In this document: one piece after another, positions 1 to 10,266 of the stretch
How positions within the stretch are numbered: position 1 is the stretch's first letter
How the letters are laid out: every line of letters begins with the position of its first letter
Origin: Maribacter sp.
GTDB taxonomy: Bacteria > Bacteroidota > Bacteroidia > Flavobacteriales > Flavobacteriaceae
Direction: 5' to 3'
Assembly (NCBI GenBank): GCA_018679695.1
Contig: JAHHKH010000254.1
Coordinates: 199 to 64,198, forward strand
Length of the DNA stretch: 64,000 nt
Program-made: the position numbers and the translations under genes
The notes under the pieces: generated by a model
Database searches by the model: none
What the model was told of the DNA's origin: nothing
Seen by the model: only the letters and a program-made list of their open reading frames with translations

Positions 1-460
1 CAAACTTTAGGATTTTATTGATTAAAACCAAAAAAACACTCCCGATCAAAAAAACAACAAAGTGTTCATATAACCTCTTCTTTTGTTTTATTCGCGCATG
101 CGCAGACTCTAACAGGTCATGTTGTTCCAAATCCGAGCTGGTTTTCTTTTTATCTTTGGAAATCATCCGATGAGGTATCTTTAACCGCAAAGATACAGTA
201 TTTACCACTTTTTGAATTTTGCACAGTACAGAATTTCAGAACTGGATTTCCAATTCCGGTAAATTACAATTCAACTTACTTTATTGAGACTCGGACCAAG
301 GACTGGCGTGCATTGTAAGAATCATAAATGAACACTAATGGATTTTACCTACATGGCAAATAGTTAACCCCCTTTTTGAGAAGCCGATCTAATTCTGAAC
401 TAAAAATTGAGATTTTGATAAAAATGATTTTAATCATTGGTAATGAGCTATTTAATGCGT

Positions 461-468
461 TAATTTTG
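461..468 (+). promoter_or_regulatory. candidate Bacteroidota -7 promoter box (TAATTTTG)
   Basis: Exact match to TAnnTTTG, 25 nt upstream of the ATG at 493. Confidence 0.35.
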
Positions 469-492
469 CGCTGAATTTTAATTATTCATGTT

Positions 493-789
493 ATGGGAAT
501 TGCAAAACAGTATTTGAAAACTAAGCCGGTATGTAAAGTGACTTTTACGGTACCTGCAAAAGATGCTAAGAAGGTAGCGGTTGTTGGGGATTTTAACAAC
601 TGGGATCCTAAAGGGAGCACACTTAAGAAATTGAAAAACGGGACTTTTAAAGGTACGTTTGACCTTCCGAAGGAAAGTACTTATGAGTACAGGTATTTGG
701 TTGATGGTAATTATGTAAATGAAGCTGAGGCGGATCGTTACCAATGGAATGATTATGCGGGAACCGAAAATGCGGTTCTAGAGCTTTAA
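493..789 (+). CDS. stand-alone CBM48 / E-set (AMPK-beta, isoamylase N-terminal like) glycogen-binding domain protein
   Basis: 98 aa ORF. VAVVGDFNNWD...GTF...YEYRYLVDG pattern is typical of CBM48/early-set domains. Followed by a strong terminator. Confidence 0.7.
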   Translation: MGIAKQYLKTKPVCKVTFTVPAKDAKKVAVVGDFNNWDPKGSTLKKLKNGTFKGTFDLPKESTYEYRYLVDGNYVNEAEADRYQWNDYAGTENAVLEL

Positions 790-810
790 GAAAAAAAAGA
801 GATTATTAAA

Positions 811-845
811 AAGGCCCGAAAGTTTCAACTTTCGGGCCTTTTTTA
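811..845. terminator. bidirectional intrinsic terminator
   Basis: 13-bp perfect stem AAGGCCCGAAAGT / ACTTTCGGGCCTT with loop TTCA. A-run upstream and T-run downstream. Lies between convergent genes ending at 789 and 863. Confidence 0.8.
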
Positions 846-862
846 TGAGTGCATAATCGAAA

Positions 863-1687
863 TCATACGGCTACTATCCCCTTAATATGGGGGTGGGGAC
901 TGTAGTCAACCAAATTAAAGTCATCGAATTTAAAATCGAAGATATCCTTAACTTCAGGGTTGAGGAACATCTTTGGTAACGGTCTACATTCACGACTCAA
1001 CTGCAGTTCAACCTGTTCCATATGGTTGTTATAAATATGTGCATCACCAAACGTGTGTATGAATTCCCCAGGTTGGTAACCGCATACCTGTGCCATCATC
1101 AAAGTGAGCAAGGCATAAGAGGCAATATTAAAAGGTACACCTAAGAAGATATCTGCACTTCGTTGGTACAGTTGGCAAGACAGTTTGCCATCGGCTACAT
1201 AAAACTGAAAGAAGGCATGGCATGGTGGGAGTGCCGCTTTGCCGTTGGCCACATTTTCAGAAAAAGATTTGGACGTATCAGGTAAAACACTGGGATTCCA
1301 AGCTGAGACCAACATTCTTCTGCTATTGGGATTATTTTTAAGGGTATGTACAATTTCTTTGATCTGGTCAATGTCTTCGCCGTTCCAATTACGCCATTGA
1401 TGTCCGTAAACAGGGCCTAAATCCCCATTTTCATCGGCCCATTCATTCCAAATACGCACCCCATTTTCCTGAAGGTAAGCAACATTCGTATCTCCTTTTA
1501 AAAACCATAGAAGTTCATGTACTATAGATTTTAAGTGCAATTTCTTAGTGGTCACCATTGGGAATCCTTCGCTGAGGTCAAAACGCATCTGATGTCCAAA
1601 AACGCTAAGGGTACCTGTGCCCGTTCTATCACCTTTTTGGCATCCATTTTCAAGGACCTCTTTCAGTAAATCGTGGTATTGCTTCAT
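863..1687 (-). CDS. thyA: thymidylate synthase
   Basis: 274 aa. DRTGTGT, PPCH..FQFY and DAHIY motifs of ThyA. Confidence 0.97.
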   Translation of the reverse strand: MKQYHDLLKEVLENGCQKGDRTGTGTLSVFGHQMRFDLSEGFPMVTTKKLHLKSIVHELLWFLKGDTNVAYLQENGVRIWNEWADENGDLGPVYGHQWRNWNGEDIDQIKEIVHTLKNNPNSRRMLVSAWNPSVLPDTSKSFSENVANGKAALPPCHAFFQFYVADGKLSCQLYQRSADIFLGVPFNIASYALLTLMMAQVCGYQPGEFIHTFGDAHIYNNHMEQVELQLSRECRPLPKMFLNPEVKDIFDFKFDDFNLVDYSPHPHIKGIVAV

Positions 1688-1817
1688 ATAACGCCAGACC
1701 CTCGAAGGGTATTAAGATTTAAAATTTGAACTTATGATTGGTAAAAATAATGAAACGGGGAGCTACTTTTTGAATTGTCGAAATTATTCTTATCAAATTT
1801 TATTAACGAAAAATGAA

Positions 1818-3281
1818 CTACCCCAATATCATTCCTGCGATGGTAGCGGAAAGTAAGGATGCCAGGGATCCGCCAAGAACGGCGCGCATTCCGAATTCAG
1901 AAAGCGTTTTACGTTGGCCTGGGGCAAGAGATCCAATGCCACCGATTTGAATTCCTATGGAAGCAAAGTTCGCAAACCCGCATAACATATAGGTCGCCAT
2001 TATCACAGATTTATTGAATGTAAAATGTGATACATTGGCCACATCCTTTAAATCGGCCAATTGTATATACCCTACAAATTCGCTGGCTGCCAGTTTAATA
2101 CCCAATAATTGTCCCATCTGCATAATATCTTCAGTTTGTACACCTATCAACCACATTAGTGGGGCAAAAATAGTTCCAAGAACAGCCTCCAAGGAAAACT
2201 TCTCATAGACCGAGTTTGCTGCTATCCATTCATTGAACGAAGAAAGATCTCCTACCCATCCCAATATCCCATTGATCATAGCAATAAAAGCAACGAATAC
2301 CAATAGCATGGCCCCTACATTTACGGCAAGTTTTAACCCTTCTGTGGTTCCGTTAGCAATGGCGTCCAAGATATTTGCACCTATCTTCTCTGAAGAGACA
2401 GACACGTCGGTATTGACCGATTCCGTTTGTGGATACAGTATTTTTGAAATTACGATTGCACCTGGAGCTGCCATAACGGAAGCAGCAATTAGGTGTCTTG
2501 CAAATTCAAGTCTTAATTGTTCGTCGTTTCCTCCCAAAAAACCGATATAGGCTGCCAAAACTCCTCCTGCAACCGTGGCCATTCCACCAATCATGACCAA
2601 AAGCATTTCAGACTTGTTCATTTTTTCCAAATAGGCCTTGATCATAAGCGGTGACTCTGTCTGGCCAAGAAATATGTTTCCTGCAACAGAGAGACCTTCT
2701 GCCCCTGATATCCCCAAGGATTTAGTGAGTAGCCAAGCCAAGCCTTTCACTATTTTTTGAATTACTCCCAAGTAGAAAAGGACGGAAGTCAAAGCTGAAA
2801 AGAAGATGATGGTCGGAAGTATTTGAAAAGCAAAGATATAACCAATATTAGGGTTCTCCAGATTAAGGAGATTGCCCAAAACGAACTCGCTTCCTGCCAA
2901 AGTGAAATTAAGTAATTCGTTAAAGATCTTACCCAAAAATTCAAAAACCATGCGAACAAAAGGTACTTTAAGTATACTTATGGCCAGCACTAGTTGAATG
3001 CCTAGACCAATACCAACTGTTCTCCAATTAATTCCTTTTCTATTTGCACTAAAGAAATACGAAATAAGAATCAGGACAATCATGCCCAAAGCACCTCTCC
3101 ATAAACTATGCACTGAAAATCCTTCATTAGGGATAATCTGAGCAACCTGTGAAGGGGTAATATCATTTATTACCGCTGTTTCGGAAATGGATATTAAGGT
3201 ATCTTGAGGAACTAAATCTTGTGCTTCGGATGAAAAGGAAATAAATAAAACCAAAAGAAGCATCCAAAATTTAGTCTTCAT
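1818..3281 (-). CDS. NupC/CNT family Na+/H+ nucleoside transporter
   Basis: 487 aa polytopic membrane protein. GNIFLGQTESPL...GGMATVAGGVLAAY core is typical of concentrative nucleoside transporters. Confidence 0.85.
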   Translation of the reverse strand: MKTKFWMLLLVLFISFSSEAQDLVPQDTLISISETAVINDITPSQVAQIIPNEGFSVHSLWRGALGMIVLILISYFFSANRKGINWRTVGIGLGIQLVLAISILKVPFVRMVFEFLGKIFNELLNFTLAGSEFVLGNLLNLENPNIGYIFAFQILPTIIFFSALTSVLFYLGVIQKIVKGLAWLLTKSLGISGAEGLSVAGNIFLGQTESPLMIKAYLEKMNKSEMLLVMIGGMATVAGGVLAAYIGFLGGNDEQLRLEFARHLIAASVMAAPGAIVISKILYPQTESVNTDVSVSSEKIGANILDAIANGTTEGLKLAVNVGAMLLVFVAFIAMINGILGWVGDLSSFNEWIAANSVYEKFSLEAVLGTIFAPLMWLIGVQTEDIMQMGQLLGIKLAASEFVGYIQLADLKDVANVSHFTFNKSVIMATYMLCGFANFASIGIQIGGIGSLAPGQRKTLSEFGMRAVLGGSLASLLSATIAGMILG

Positions 3282-3296
3282 AGAATGCGCTTTGAA

Positions 3297-3926
3297 TTAG
3301 TTTCTTTTAGAAATCTCGTCTCTTAATTTTGCCGCTTTTTCGTAGTCTTCATTGGCTACCGCTTTTTCCAATTCTTTGTTCAATTCATCTATGGTCAATT
3401 CGGTGTAGGCATCAGAAGCACCTTGATCAATTTCAACGGTCTCACCTTCCTGTAGTATTTCATCTACCATGATGCTGTCATCGCTTTCTTCTTTCTCACT
3501 ATCCTTTGAGGAAAATTTCAAGAATATTCCAGCTTTGTCAAGAATTGTTTTATAGGTAAAAATTGGTGCCCCAAAACGCAAAGCCAATGCTATGGCATCA
3601 CTGGTCCTAGCATCAATGATTTCCTCAATCTTGTCCCTTTCACAGATGATACTTGAATAGAAAACACCATCGACCAATTTGTGGATTATGACCTGTTTGA
3701 CAACGATATCGAACCTGTCTGCGAAATTCTTGAAAAGATCATGGGTTAATGGTCTTGGGGGTTTAATTTCCTTTTCTAATGCTATTGCTATAGACTGTGC
3801 TTCGAAGGCACCAATGACAATAGGAAGTTTACGATCACCATCGACCTCATTCAATATAAGGGCATAGGCACCATTTTGTGTTTGGCTATATGATATTCCC
3901 TTTATTTTTAAGCGTACTAAACTCAT
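3297..3926 (-). CDS. bifunctional nuclease (DUF151) family protein with C-terminal UVR motif
   Basis: 209 aa. N-terminal DUF151-like LPIVIG..EA..I region and C-terminal EDYEKAAKLRDEI UvrB/C-type motif. Confidence 0.75.
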   Translation of the reverse strand: MSLVRLKIKGISYSQTQNGAYALILNEVDGDRKLPIVIGAFEAQSIAIALEKEIKPPRPLTHDLFKNFADRFDIVVKQVIIHKLVDGVFYSSIICERDKIEEIIDARTSDAIALALRFGAPIFTYKTILDKAGIFLKFSSKDSEKEESDDSIMVDEILQEGETVEIDQGASDAYTELTIDELNKELEKAVANEDYEKAAKLRDEISKRN

Positions 3927-3943
3927 AGCATGTATTAAACCTC

Positions 3944-3989
3944 AAAAGGCTGTTCTAATTAAAAGGGATGGCCAATTATTTGAACAGCC
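3944..3989 (-). terminator. candidate intrinsic terminator downstream of etfA (minus strand)
   Basis: GGCTGTTC (3948-3955) pairs with GAACAGCC (3982-3989). The minus strand reads the stem then TTTT. The 26-nt loop is large. Confidence 0.45.
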
Positions 3990-4014
3990 CTTTAAGGGCA
4001 CAAATTAACAAAAT

Positions 4015-4983
4015 TTAAGCGTTTTGGGCTTTAAATTCCTTTAATTTTTCGATGAGTTCAGGTACGACTTCAAAGGCATCGCCTACAATCCCATAATCCG
4101 CTGCTTTAAAAAAAGGAGCTTCAGGATCTGTATTGATGACTACTTTTGTTTTTGAGGCACTCACACCTGCCAAATGTTGTATGGCACCTGAAATACCAAT
4201 AGCGATGTAAAGATTGCTGGCAACAGGTTTACCTGTCTGGCCTACATGTTCACTATGGGGTCTCCAACCCATATCCGAAACCGGTTTTGAGCAAGCGGTG
4301 GCGGCACCTAATACATCAGCCAATTCTTCGATCATACCCCAATTTTCGGGATCTTTTAAACCCCTTCCGCCAGAAACTACAATATCGGCATCGGCAATAG
4401 TCGCCTTACCAACCACCTTATCTATTTCCACGGATTTTGTGCTGAAATCGGAAGCTGTGAATGTTGGATTGAAATCCTCAATATCCACTTGGGTGCTGTT
4501 TTCGACCAAGCCATAAGAATTGCTCGATACGCCTACCACTTTGATTTCTGTATTGATCTGAGTGTGTGCAAAACCTTTATTGCTGAAGGTTGTTCTTTTA
4601 ACGGTAAAAGGATTTATGTTTTCAGGGGCAGCCACCACATTCGGAGCATATCCAGCTCCTAATTTGCCGACAACAATGGGAACTAAAAACTTTGTATCTG
4701 AACTCGAACTAACTATGATGACCTTGGCTTCCTCGTTCTTTGCCGCTTCTGCAATCGCATGGGCATATGCCTTGGCATTGAATGTCTTTAATTGGTCATT
4801 TGATACGTTCAACACTTTTGTGACCCCATAGTTTCCCAAGTTTGTGTTTTCATTGGAATTGAATGCTATGGCCGTTGCTGTGGTTCCCATCTGCTTGGCA
4901 ACTTCACTTGCATAGGAAGCAACTTCGTAAGCGTTTTTTTTAAAACTACCGTTATCTGATTCTGTATATACTAAAACTGACAT
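4015..4983 (-). CDS. etfA: electron transfer flavoprotein subunit alpha
   Basis: 322 aa. C-terminal FAD-binding region VSGGRG...GQTGK.V.P.LYIA.GISGAIQH. Confidence 0.9.
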   Translation of the reverse strand: MSVLVYTESDNGSFKKNAYEVASYASEVAKQMGTTATAIAFNSNENTNLGNYGVTKVLNVSNDQLKTFNAKAYAHAIAEAAKNEEAKVIIVSSSSDTKFLVPIVVGKLGAGYAPNVVAAPENINPFTVKRTTFSNKGFAHTQINTEIKVVGVSSNSYGLVENSTQVDIEDFNPTFTASDFSTKSVEIDKVVGKATIADADIVVSGGRGLKDPENWGMIEELADVLGAATACSKPVSDMGWRPHSEHVGQTGKPVASNLYIAIGISGAIQHLAGVSASKTKVVINTDPEAPFFKAADYGIVGDAFEVVPELIEKLKEFKAQNA

Positions 4984-5034
4984 AATTTTCTTTTGGATTT
5001 ATCCCGAAATTCATCGGGCATTTTGTTACTGCGA

Positions 5035-5781
5035 TTAAATGACTTTAGCCTCGTTGTGCAAAAGGTTCACCAATTCTTGGACATTGGCGGCATCCACCAA
5101 TTTGACGGCTCCTTTAGGAGCTGGCTTATCAAATTTGATATCATTGGTTGCCATTATGCCTTCAACAGGTTCAACAACATTCAATACTTTTTTTCTCGCC
5201 ATCATAATACCTCTCATATTCGGTATGCGTAAATCGCTTTCCTCTACCAGTCCTTTTTGGCCTCCGATCACTAGTGGCAATGTGGTTGCGATTTTTTCCT
5301 TACCGCCATCGATTTCCCTGGTTGCGGTTGCATTGGAACCATCAACCTGCAAATCAATACAGGTGTTCACAAAATTCATATCCAATAAAGTTGCAAGGAT
5401 TCCGGGGACCATTCCCCCATTATAATCGATTGATTCCCTTCCAGCAATAATCAAATCATAAGCACCTTTTTTCACTACTTCCGCTAATTGCTGGGCTACA
5501 AAATAACCATCGGTAGGTTCTGTGTTCACACGAATGGCCTCATCGGCACCTATAGCCAAGGCTTTTCGTATCGTAGGTTCTGAACTTGGACCACCTACTG
5601 TGGCCACATGTACAGTGGCACCCTGCTTCTCTTTGAACCACATGGCCCGGGTTAGACCAAACTCATCATTTGGGTTAATGACAAATTGTACGCCCGTAGT
5701 ATCAAATTTAGTATTACCATCGGTAAAATTAATCTTCGAGGTGGTGTCCGGAACGTTGCTAATGCAAACTAATATCTTCAT
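5035..5781 (-). CDS. etfB: electron transfer flavoprotein subunit beta
   Basis: 248 aa, MKILVC...NP.DE.. pattern, immediately upstream of etfA on the same strand. Confidence 0.9.
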   Translation of the reverse strand: MKILVCISNVPDTTSKINFTDGNTKFDTTGVQFVINPNDEFGLTRAMWFKEKQGATVHVATVGGPSSEPTIRKALAIGADEAIRVNTEPTDGYFVAQQLAEVVKKGAYDLIIAGRESIDYNGGMVPGILATLLDMNFVNTCIDLQVDGSNATATREIDGGKEKIATTLPLVIGGQKGLVEESDLRIPNMRGIMMARKKVLNVVEPVEGIMATNDIKFDKPAPKGAVKLVDAANVQELVNLLHNEAKVI

Positions 5782-5913
5782 AAACGTAATATTTTCAGGT
5801 CTTTAAAAGAATTCTGCTAAGATAGGTAATCTTTTTAAAAAATACTATGCATGCATAATAAAATTTGCAACTTTTTTTAATTCCCTCAACCTATATTTTG
5901 CCATATAATTTGC

Positions 5914-5921
5914 TATTTTTG
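5914..5921 (+). promoter_or_regulatory. candidate -7 promoter box (TATTTTTG)
   Basis: Exact TAnnTTTG match 43 nt upstream of the pdhB ATG, in a divergent intergenic region. Confidence 0.4.
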
Positions 5922-5963
5922 CTTTCGTTTTATCCCTGGGGATAACTTAATCCATAGCTATTA

Positions 5964-6941
5964 ATGAAGACACTACAATTTAGGCAAGCCATCGCAGAGG
6001 CAATGACCGAAGAAATGAGAAGGGACGAGTCCATTTATTTAATGGGTGAGGAAGTTGCAGAGTATAATGGTGCTTATAAGGCTTCTAAGGGGATGTTGGA
6101 TGAATTTGGTCCGGAACGGGTTATTGACACCCCAATTTCAGAATTGGGATTTGCTGGTGTCGGCGTAGGCTCTACACTGACGGGAAATAGGCCCATCATC
6201 GAATTCATGACCTTTAATTTTTCTCTGGTCGGCATTGATCAAATAATAAATAACGCCGCAAAAATCAGACAAATGTCAGGAGGTCAGTTCAGCTGTCCAA
6301 TCGTTTTTCGCGGACCTACAGCTTCGGCAGGTCAATTGGCGGCAACGCACTCCCAAGCTTTTGAGAGCTGGTTTGCCAACTGCCCGGGACTAAAGGTGGT
6401 CGTGCCATCCAATCCGGCAGATGCCAAAGGACTTTTAAAGTCTTCGATCAGGGATAATGATCCTGTCATTTTTATGGAATCTGAACAGATGTATGGCGAT
6501 AAAGGTGAGGTTCCTGAAGGGGAATACACTATTCCTTTAGGAGTAGCCGATATACGAAGAACAGGGTCTGATGTAACTATTGTTTCTTTTGGTAAGATCA
6601 TAAAGGAAGCCGATAAGGCAGCTGATGAACTTGAAAAAGAAGGGATTAGTTGTGAAATCATTGATTTACGTACGGTCAAACCGCTGGATTATGAGGCAAT
6701 TCTAAATTCTGTCAAGAAAACGAACAGATTGGTGATATTGGAAGAAGCTTGGCCCTTTGGCAATGTTGCCACTGAAATTACTTTCCACGTACAATCCAAT
6801 GCCTTCGACTACCTCGATGCGCCGATTCAAAAAATCAATACCGCTGATACGCCCGCACCGTATTCCCCGGTTTTATTTGCTGAGTGGTTGCCAAACCATG
6901 AGGATGTAATCAATGCCGTTAAAAAAGTGTTATATAAATAA
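5964..6941 (+). CDS. pdhB: pyruvate (2-oxo acid) dehydrogenase E1 component subunit beta
   Basis: 325 aa. Transketolase-like pyrimidine-binding and C-terminal domains (GEEV..Y.GAYK...DTPI.E.GF.G). Confidence 0.85.
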   Translation: MKTLQFRQAIAEAMTEEMRRDESIYLMGEEVAEYNGAYKASKGMLDEFGPERVIDTPISELGFAGVGVGSTLTGNRPIIEFMTFNFSLVGIDQIINNAAKIRQMSGGQFSCPIVFRGPTASAGQLAATHSQAFESWFANCPGLKVVVPSNPADAKGLLKSSIRDNDPVIFMESEQMYGDKGEVPEGEYTIPLGVADIRRTGSDVTIVSFGKIIKEADKAADELEKEGISCEIIDLRTVKPLDYEAILNSVKKTNRLVILEEAWPFGNVATEITFHVQSNAFDYLDAPIQKINTADTPAPYSPVLFAEWLPNHEDVINAVKKVLYK

Positions 6942-6966
6942 GAGCTATCATTTCGTAAAGTAATTT

Positions 6967-7004
6967 AGCTTCGCCGACCAAAAGTTGACGAAGCTTTTAT
7001 TTTA
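6967..7004 (+). terminator. candidate intrinsic terminator after pdhB
   Basis: AGCTTCG ... CGAAGCT stem followed by TTTTATTTT. Confidence 0.5.
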
Positions 7005-7051
7005 AAGATATGGTATTAGATGGTAATTTCGCCATGCAGATTCAGATTTAC

Positions 7052-9547
7052 ATGAAGAATTTCCTTTTCACTTGCATTTTGTTTTGTTCCGTGCTTGCAA
7101 TGGCACAAACCAAGGTTGGCGGTAAGGTGATTGATGAAGCAGGTGAGCCAGTGGCATTTGCCAATGTAATCTTCAAAAACTCCACCGAGGGCACCACCAC
7201 CGATGATAATGGAAATTTCTATATGGAATCGGATTCAAGTTACGAGACATTGGAAATTTCATTTCTTGGTTACGAAACACAAGATGTTTTGCTTAAATCA
7301 AAGGTGACTTATAATATGAGAATTACATTGCTTGAAGGGAGCCAGCAATTAAAGGAGGTTGTTATTTATGCCGGTAAGCGATCCAAAAAGAATAATCCTG
7401 CAATTGACATCTTACGTAAAATTTGGTCCAAAAAAAGGGAAAATGGATTAAGGAAATTCAAGCAATATCAATATGACAAATATGAAAAAGTAGAGTTCGA
7501 TTTGAATACGATTGATAGTGCCCTTATGAAAAAGAAAATTTTCAGGGGAATGGAGTTTGTATTCCAAGACTTGGATACCTCCCGTATAACAGGTAAGACC
7601 TATCTTCCCATTTTCTTGAATGAGACAATTGCAAAGGTATATGGCGATAATACCACCAACGTAGAAAAAGAAGAAGTACTCGGAAATAAAAATTCGGGTT
7701 TTCATACCAATCAGGCCATCATTGCTTTTGTTGAGGACTTATATCAGGATTACGATGTTTATAACAATTATTTGAAATTTTTCGACAAGAGCTTTACGAG
7801 CCCTTTGTCCAAAACAGGTATTGATACCTATAACTATATTTTAAGGGACAGTGCCTATATTGATAACAAGTGGTGCTACAATATTAGTTATTACCCACGG
7901 CGAAAGAACGAATTAACGTTTAAAGGTGATTTTTGGGTCAATGATTCTACCTATGCCATTAAGAATATAAATCTTGAGGTTACCAAGAGTGCTAATATCA
8001 ATTGGGTAAAGGAAATCTATATAGAGCAGGATTTCGAGGTAGTGAATGACTCGGTCTTTTTATTGAAACGCGACTATATGTTGACCGACTTTAGCTTTAA
8101 TAAAAAAGAAGAATCCAGGGGAGTGTACGGAAAACGTACAACAGTATATGGTGATTATCGATTTAATATTGAAAAACCCAAGCAGTTCTATAAGACTAAA
8201 AGCAATGAGTTTGATCCTATGGTCTTAAATCGAGACCATACTTTTTGGGAGAACAACAGACTGGAATCCTTGAACAAGGATGAGGAAGGCATCTATCAAT
8301 TATTGGACACCCTAAAGACTGTTCCAAAATTCAAATCAATTTATAACATAGCCAGTATATTGGGATCAGGTTATATTGAAATTGACAAATGGAATCTGGA
8401 TATTGGTGATGTGTTTAGCACTTTCGGGTATAATGATGCGGAAGGGGTACGTCTACGTGCAGGTGTAAGAACCTTCGTCGGACAAAATGATCCTTGGCGG
8501 TTGGAAGGATATATGGCTTATGGTTTCATGGATCATAAAGTTAAACACGGCTTTTCGGCAAAGTTTCTATTGGATAAGCAAAGCAGGTTAATGGTTTCAG
8601 GCGGTAATCGCCGCGATGTAGAACAATTGGGTTTGAGTCTTACATCAACAAATGACGTATTAGGCCGAAGCGTTGCCTCTTCCTCTGTATTAACAGTAGG
8701 TTCAAACGATAGGTTAACCAATATAAATCTGAGTACTGTAAATCTGGAAATTGAACCCATTACCAATTTCAGGATTAGGGTAGGAAGTTCTTTCCGGACC
8801 TTGAGCTCGGCTTTACCCGAGGCCTTTAATCTGGATTATATAGACCCGGAATCCCCAACTGGTATTTCTTCAGAAGTCAAACAATTCGATATCAATACTT
8901 TGGTTGTTTATACTCCCGGAAAGCGAACTATAGGATATGGCGTGGAACGATATGACATCAATGATACATACAGCACCCTGGTATTGAACTATACGACAGG
9001 TTTTGAAGGTTTTTTGGAAAGCGATTTTGATTATAACAAATTACAGTTTTCATATAGCCAACCCTGGCAATTGGGAGGATTTGGAAGACTATACAGTACG
9101 GTAGAACTGGGAAAGACTTTTGGTGAAGTACCGCTAAGTCTTTTAAATGTTGTTCCCGGCAACCAAACCTTATTCACTATTTATAAGACATTTCCGAATC
9201 TGGATTTTTATGAATTCGTTACCGATACTTATGCGTCGGTTCATTTGGAGCATAATTTCAATGGTAGGATATTCTCAAGAATTCCGTTGATAAGGAAATT
9301 GAATTTAAGGGAATTTGTAGGTCTAAGAGGGGTATGGGGTGACTTATCTACAGAGAATATCGCTTTGAACGCACCAACGAATATTCCTTTGCAGGCCCCA
9401 AATGATAAAATATATTGGGAATACTCTGTGGGAGTTGGCAATATCCTGAAATTCTTTAGGATAGATTTTAACTTTCGGGGTAATTATCTGGATAGCCCCA
9501 ATGCTAGATCCTTTAGTATAACTGGGGAATTCGGATTTCATTTTTAA
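7052..9547 (+). CDS. DUF5686 / carboxypeptidase-regulatory-like domain outer membrane protein
   Basis: About 830 aa. Signal peptide MKNFLFTCILFCSVLAMAQ, then a CarbopepD_reg-like GKVIDE.GEP..FANV domain and a beta-rich C-terminus ending in F. Start placed at the internal ATG that gives the signal peptide; the ORF track begins at 7010. Confidence 0.7.
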   Translation: MKNFLFTCILFCSVLAMAQTKVGGKVIDEAGEPVAFANVIFKNSTEGTTTDDNGNFYMESDSSYETLEISFLGYETQDVLLKSKVTYNMRITLLEGSQQLKEVVIYAGKRSKKNNPAIDILRKIWSKKRENGLRKFKQYQYDKYEKVEFDLNTIDSALMKKKIFRGMEFVFQDLDTSRITGKTYLPIFLNETIAKVYGDNTTNVEKEEVLGNKNSGFHTNQAIIAFVEDLYQDYDVYNNYLKFFDKSFTSPLSKTGIDTYNYILRDSAYIDNKWCYNISYYPRRKNELTFKGDFWVNDSTYAIKNINLEVTKSANINWVKEIYIEQDFEVVNDSVFLLKRDYMLTDFSFNKKEESRGVYGKRTTVYGDYRFNIEKPKQFYKTKSNEFDPMVLNRDHTFWENNRLESLNKDEEGIYQLLDTLKTVPKFKSIYNIASILGSGYIEIDKWNLDIGDVFSTFGYNDAEGVRLRAGVRTFVGQNDPWRLEGYMAYGFMDHKVKHGFSAKFLLDKQSRLMVSGGNRRDVEQLGLSLTSTNDVLGRSVASSSVLTVGSNDRLTNINLSTVNLEIEPITNFRIRVGSSFRTLSSALPEAFNLDYIDPESPTGISSEVKQFDINTLVVYTPGKRTIGYGVERYDINDTYSTLVLNYTTGFEGFLESDFDYNKLQFSYSQPWQLGGFGRLYSTVELGKTFGEVPLSLLNVVPGNQTLFTIYKTFPNLDFYEFVTDTYASVHLEHNFNGRIFSRIPLIRKLNLREFVGLRGVWGDLSTENIALNAPTNIPLQAPNDKIYWEYSVGVGNILKFFRIDFNFRGNYLDSPNARSFSITGEFGFHF

Positions 9548-9591
9548 AGTGTACTGTCTTGTTTCGGAATATGGAATCCAAGCTTTTCAAG

Positions 9592-9599
9592 TATCTTTG
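9592..9599 (+). promoter_or_regulatory. candidate -7 promoter box (TATCTTTG)
   Basis: Exact TAnnTTTG match 24 nt upstream of the ppa ATG. Confidence 0.4.
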
Positions 9600-9622
9600 T
9601 AGGCCTTAATTAAAATAGAAAT

Positions 9623-10150
9623 ATGAGCGGAAAGGAAATTACCACTTTTGATGTACTGATCGAGATACCCAAAGGAAGTCGCAACAAGTACGAATACGAT
9701 TTTACCTTACATAAGATTCGATTTGATAGAACATTATTTTCATCGATGATGTATCCCGGGGATTATGGTTTTATTCCCGAAACCCTGGCCTTGGACAAGG
9801 ACCCTCTTGATGTTTTGGTTTTGTGTACCGAGCCTACATTCCCGATGGTTGTTGTTGAGGTCAAACCTATTGGTGTTTTTCATATGACCGATGAAAAAGG
9901 TCCTGATGAAAAAATAATTTGTGTTCCTATTTCCGACCCAATCTGGAGCGAAAGAAATGATATTAGCGATATTAATCCACATCGATTAAAAGAGATAGAG
10001 CACTTTTTTCAAGTATATAAGGATTTGGAAAAGAAAAAAGTCGATGTTGGCGGTTGGGGAGATGCCAAAGAAGCTGTGGAAATCTATCATAAATGTGTAG
10101 AGCGTTACGAGAATAGTGAGCATAAGAAAAAAAGAACCTTCACAATATAA
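9623..10150 (+). CDS. ppa: inorganic pyrophosphatase (soluble, family I)
   Basis: 175 aa. EIPKGSRNKYE and YP.DYGFIP.T...DGDP.D signature. Confidence 0.93.
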   Translation: MSGKEITTFDVLIEIPKGSRNKYEYDFTLHKIRFDRTLFSSMMYPGDYGFIPETLALDKDPLDVLVLCTEPTFPMVVVEVKPIGVFHMTDEKGPDEKIICVPISDPIWSERNDISDINPHRLKEIEHFFQVYKDLEKKKVDVGGWGDAKEAVEIYHKCVERYENSEHKKKRTFTI

Positions 10151-10266
10151 TCAATAAATTATGGTCATATAAAAGTGGGCGTTTATTATTAATTGGCCGC
10201 TTTTTTAATCTATTTGATTTTACTACATTAGCAGCCGTTAAAAAAAACCTTAAATAACTAAAAACA

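Noticed and set aside
7010-7051. N-terminal extensions given by the ORF track (7010, 18318, 35816, 48906, 53978)
   Set aside because: The extensions mostly begin at TTG or upstream ATG codons that precede a better start. That better start is either an ATG creating a clean signal peptide (7052, 35825) or the canonical protein N-terminus (18324, 48924, 54011). The 48906 TTG lies inside the queA terminator stem. Start positions remain predictions.
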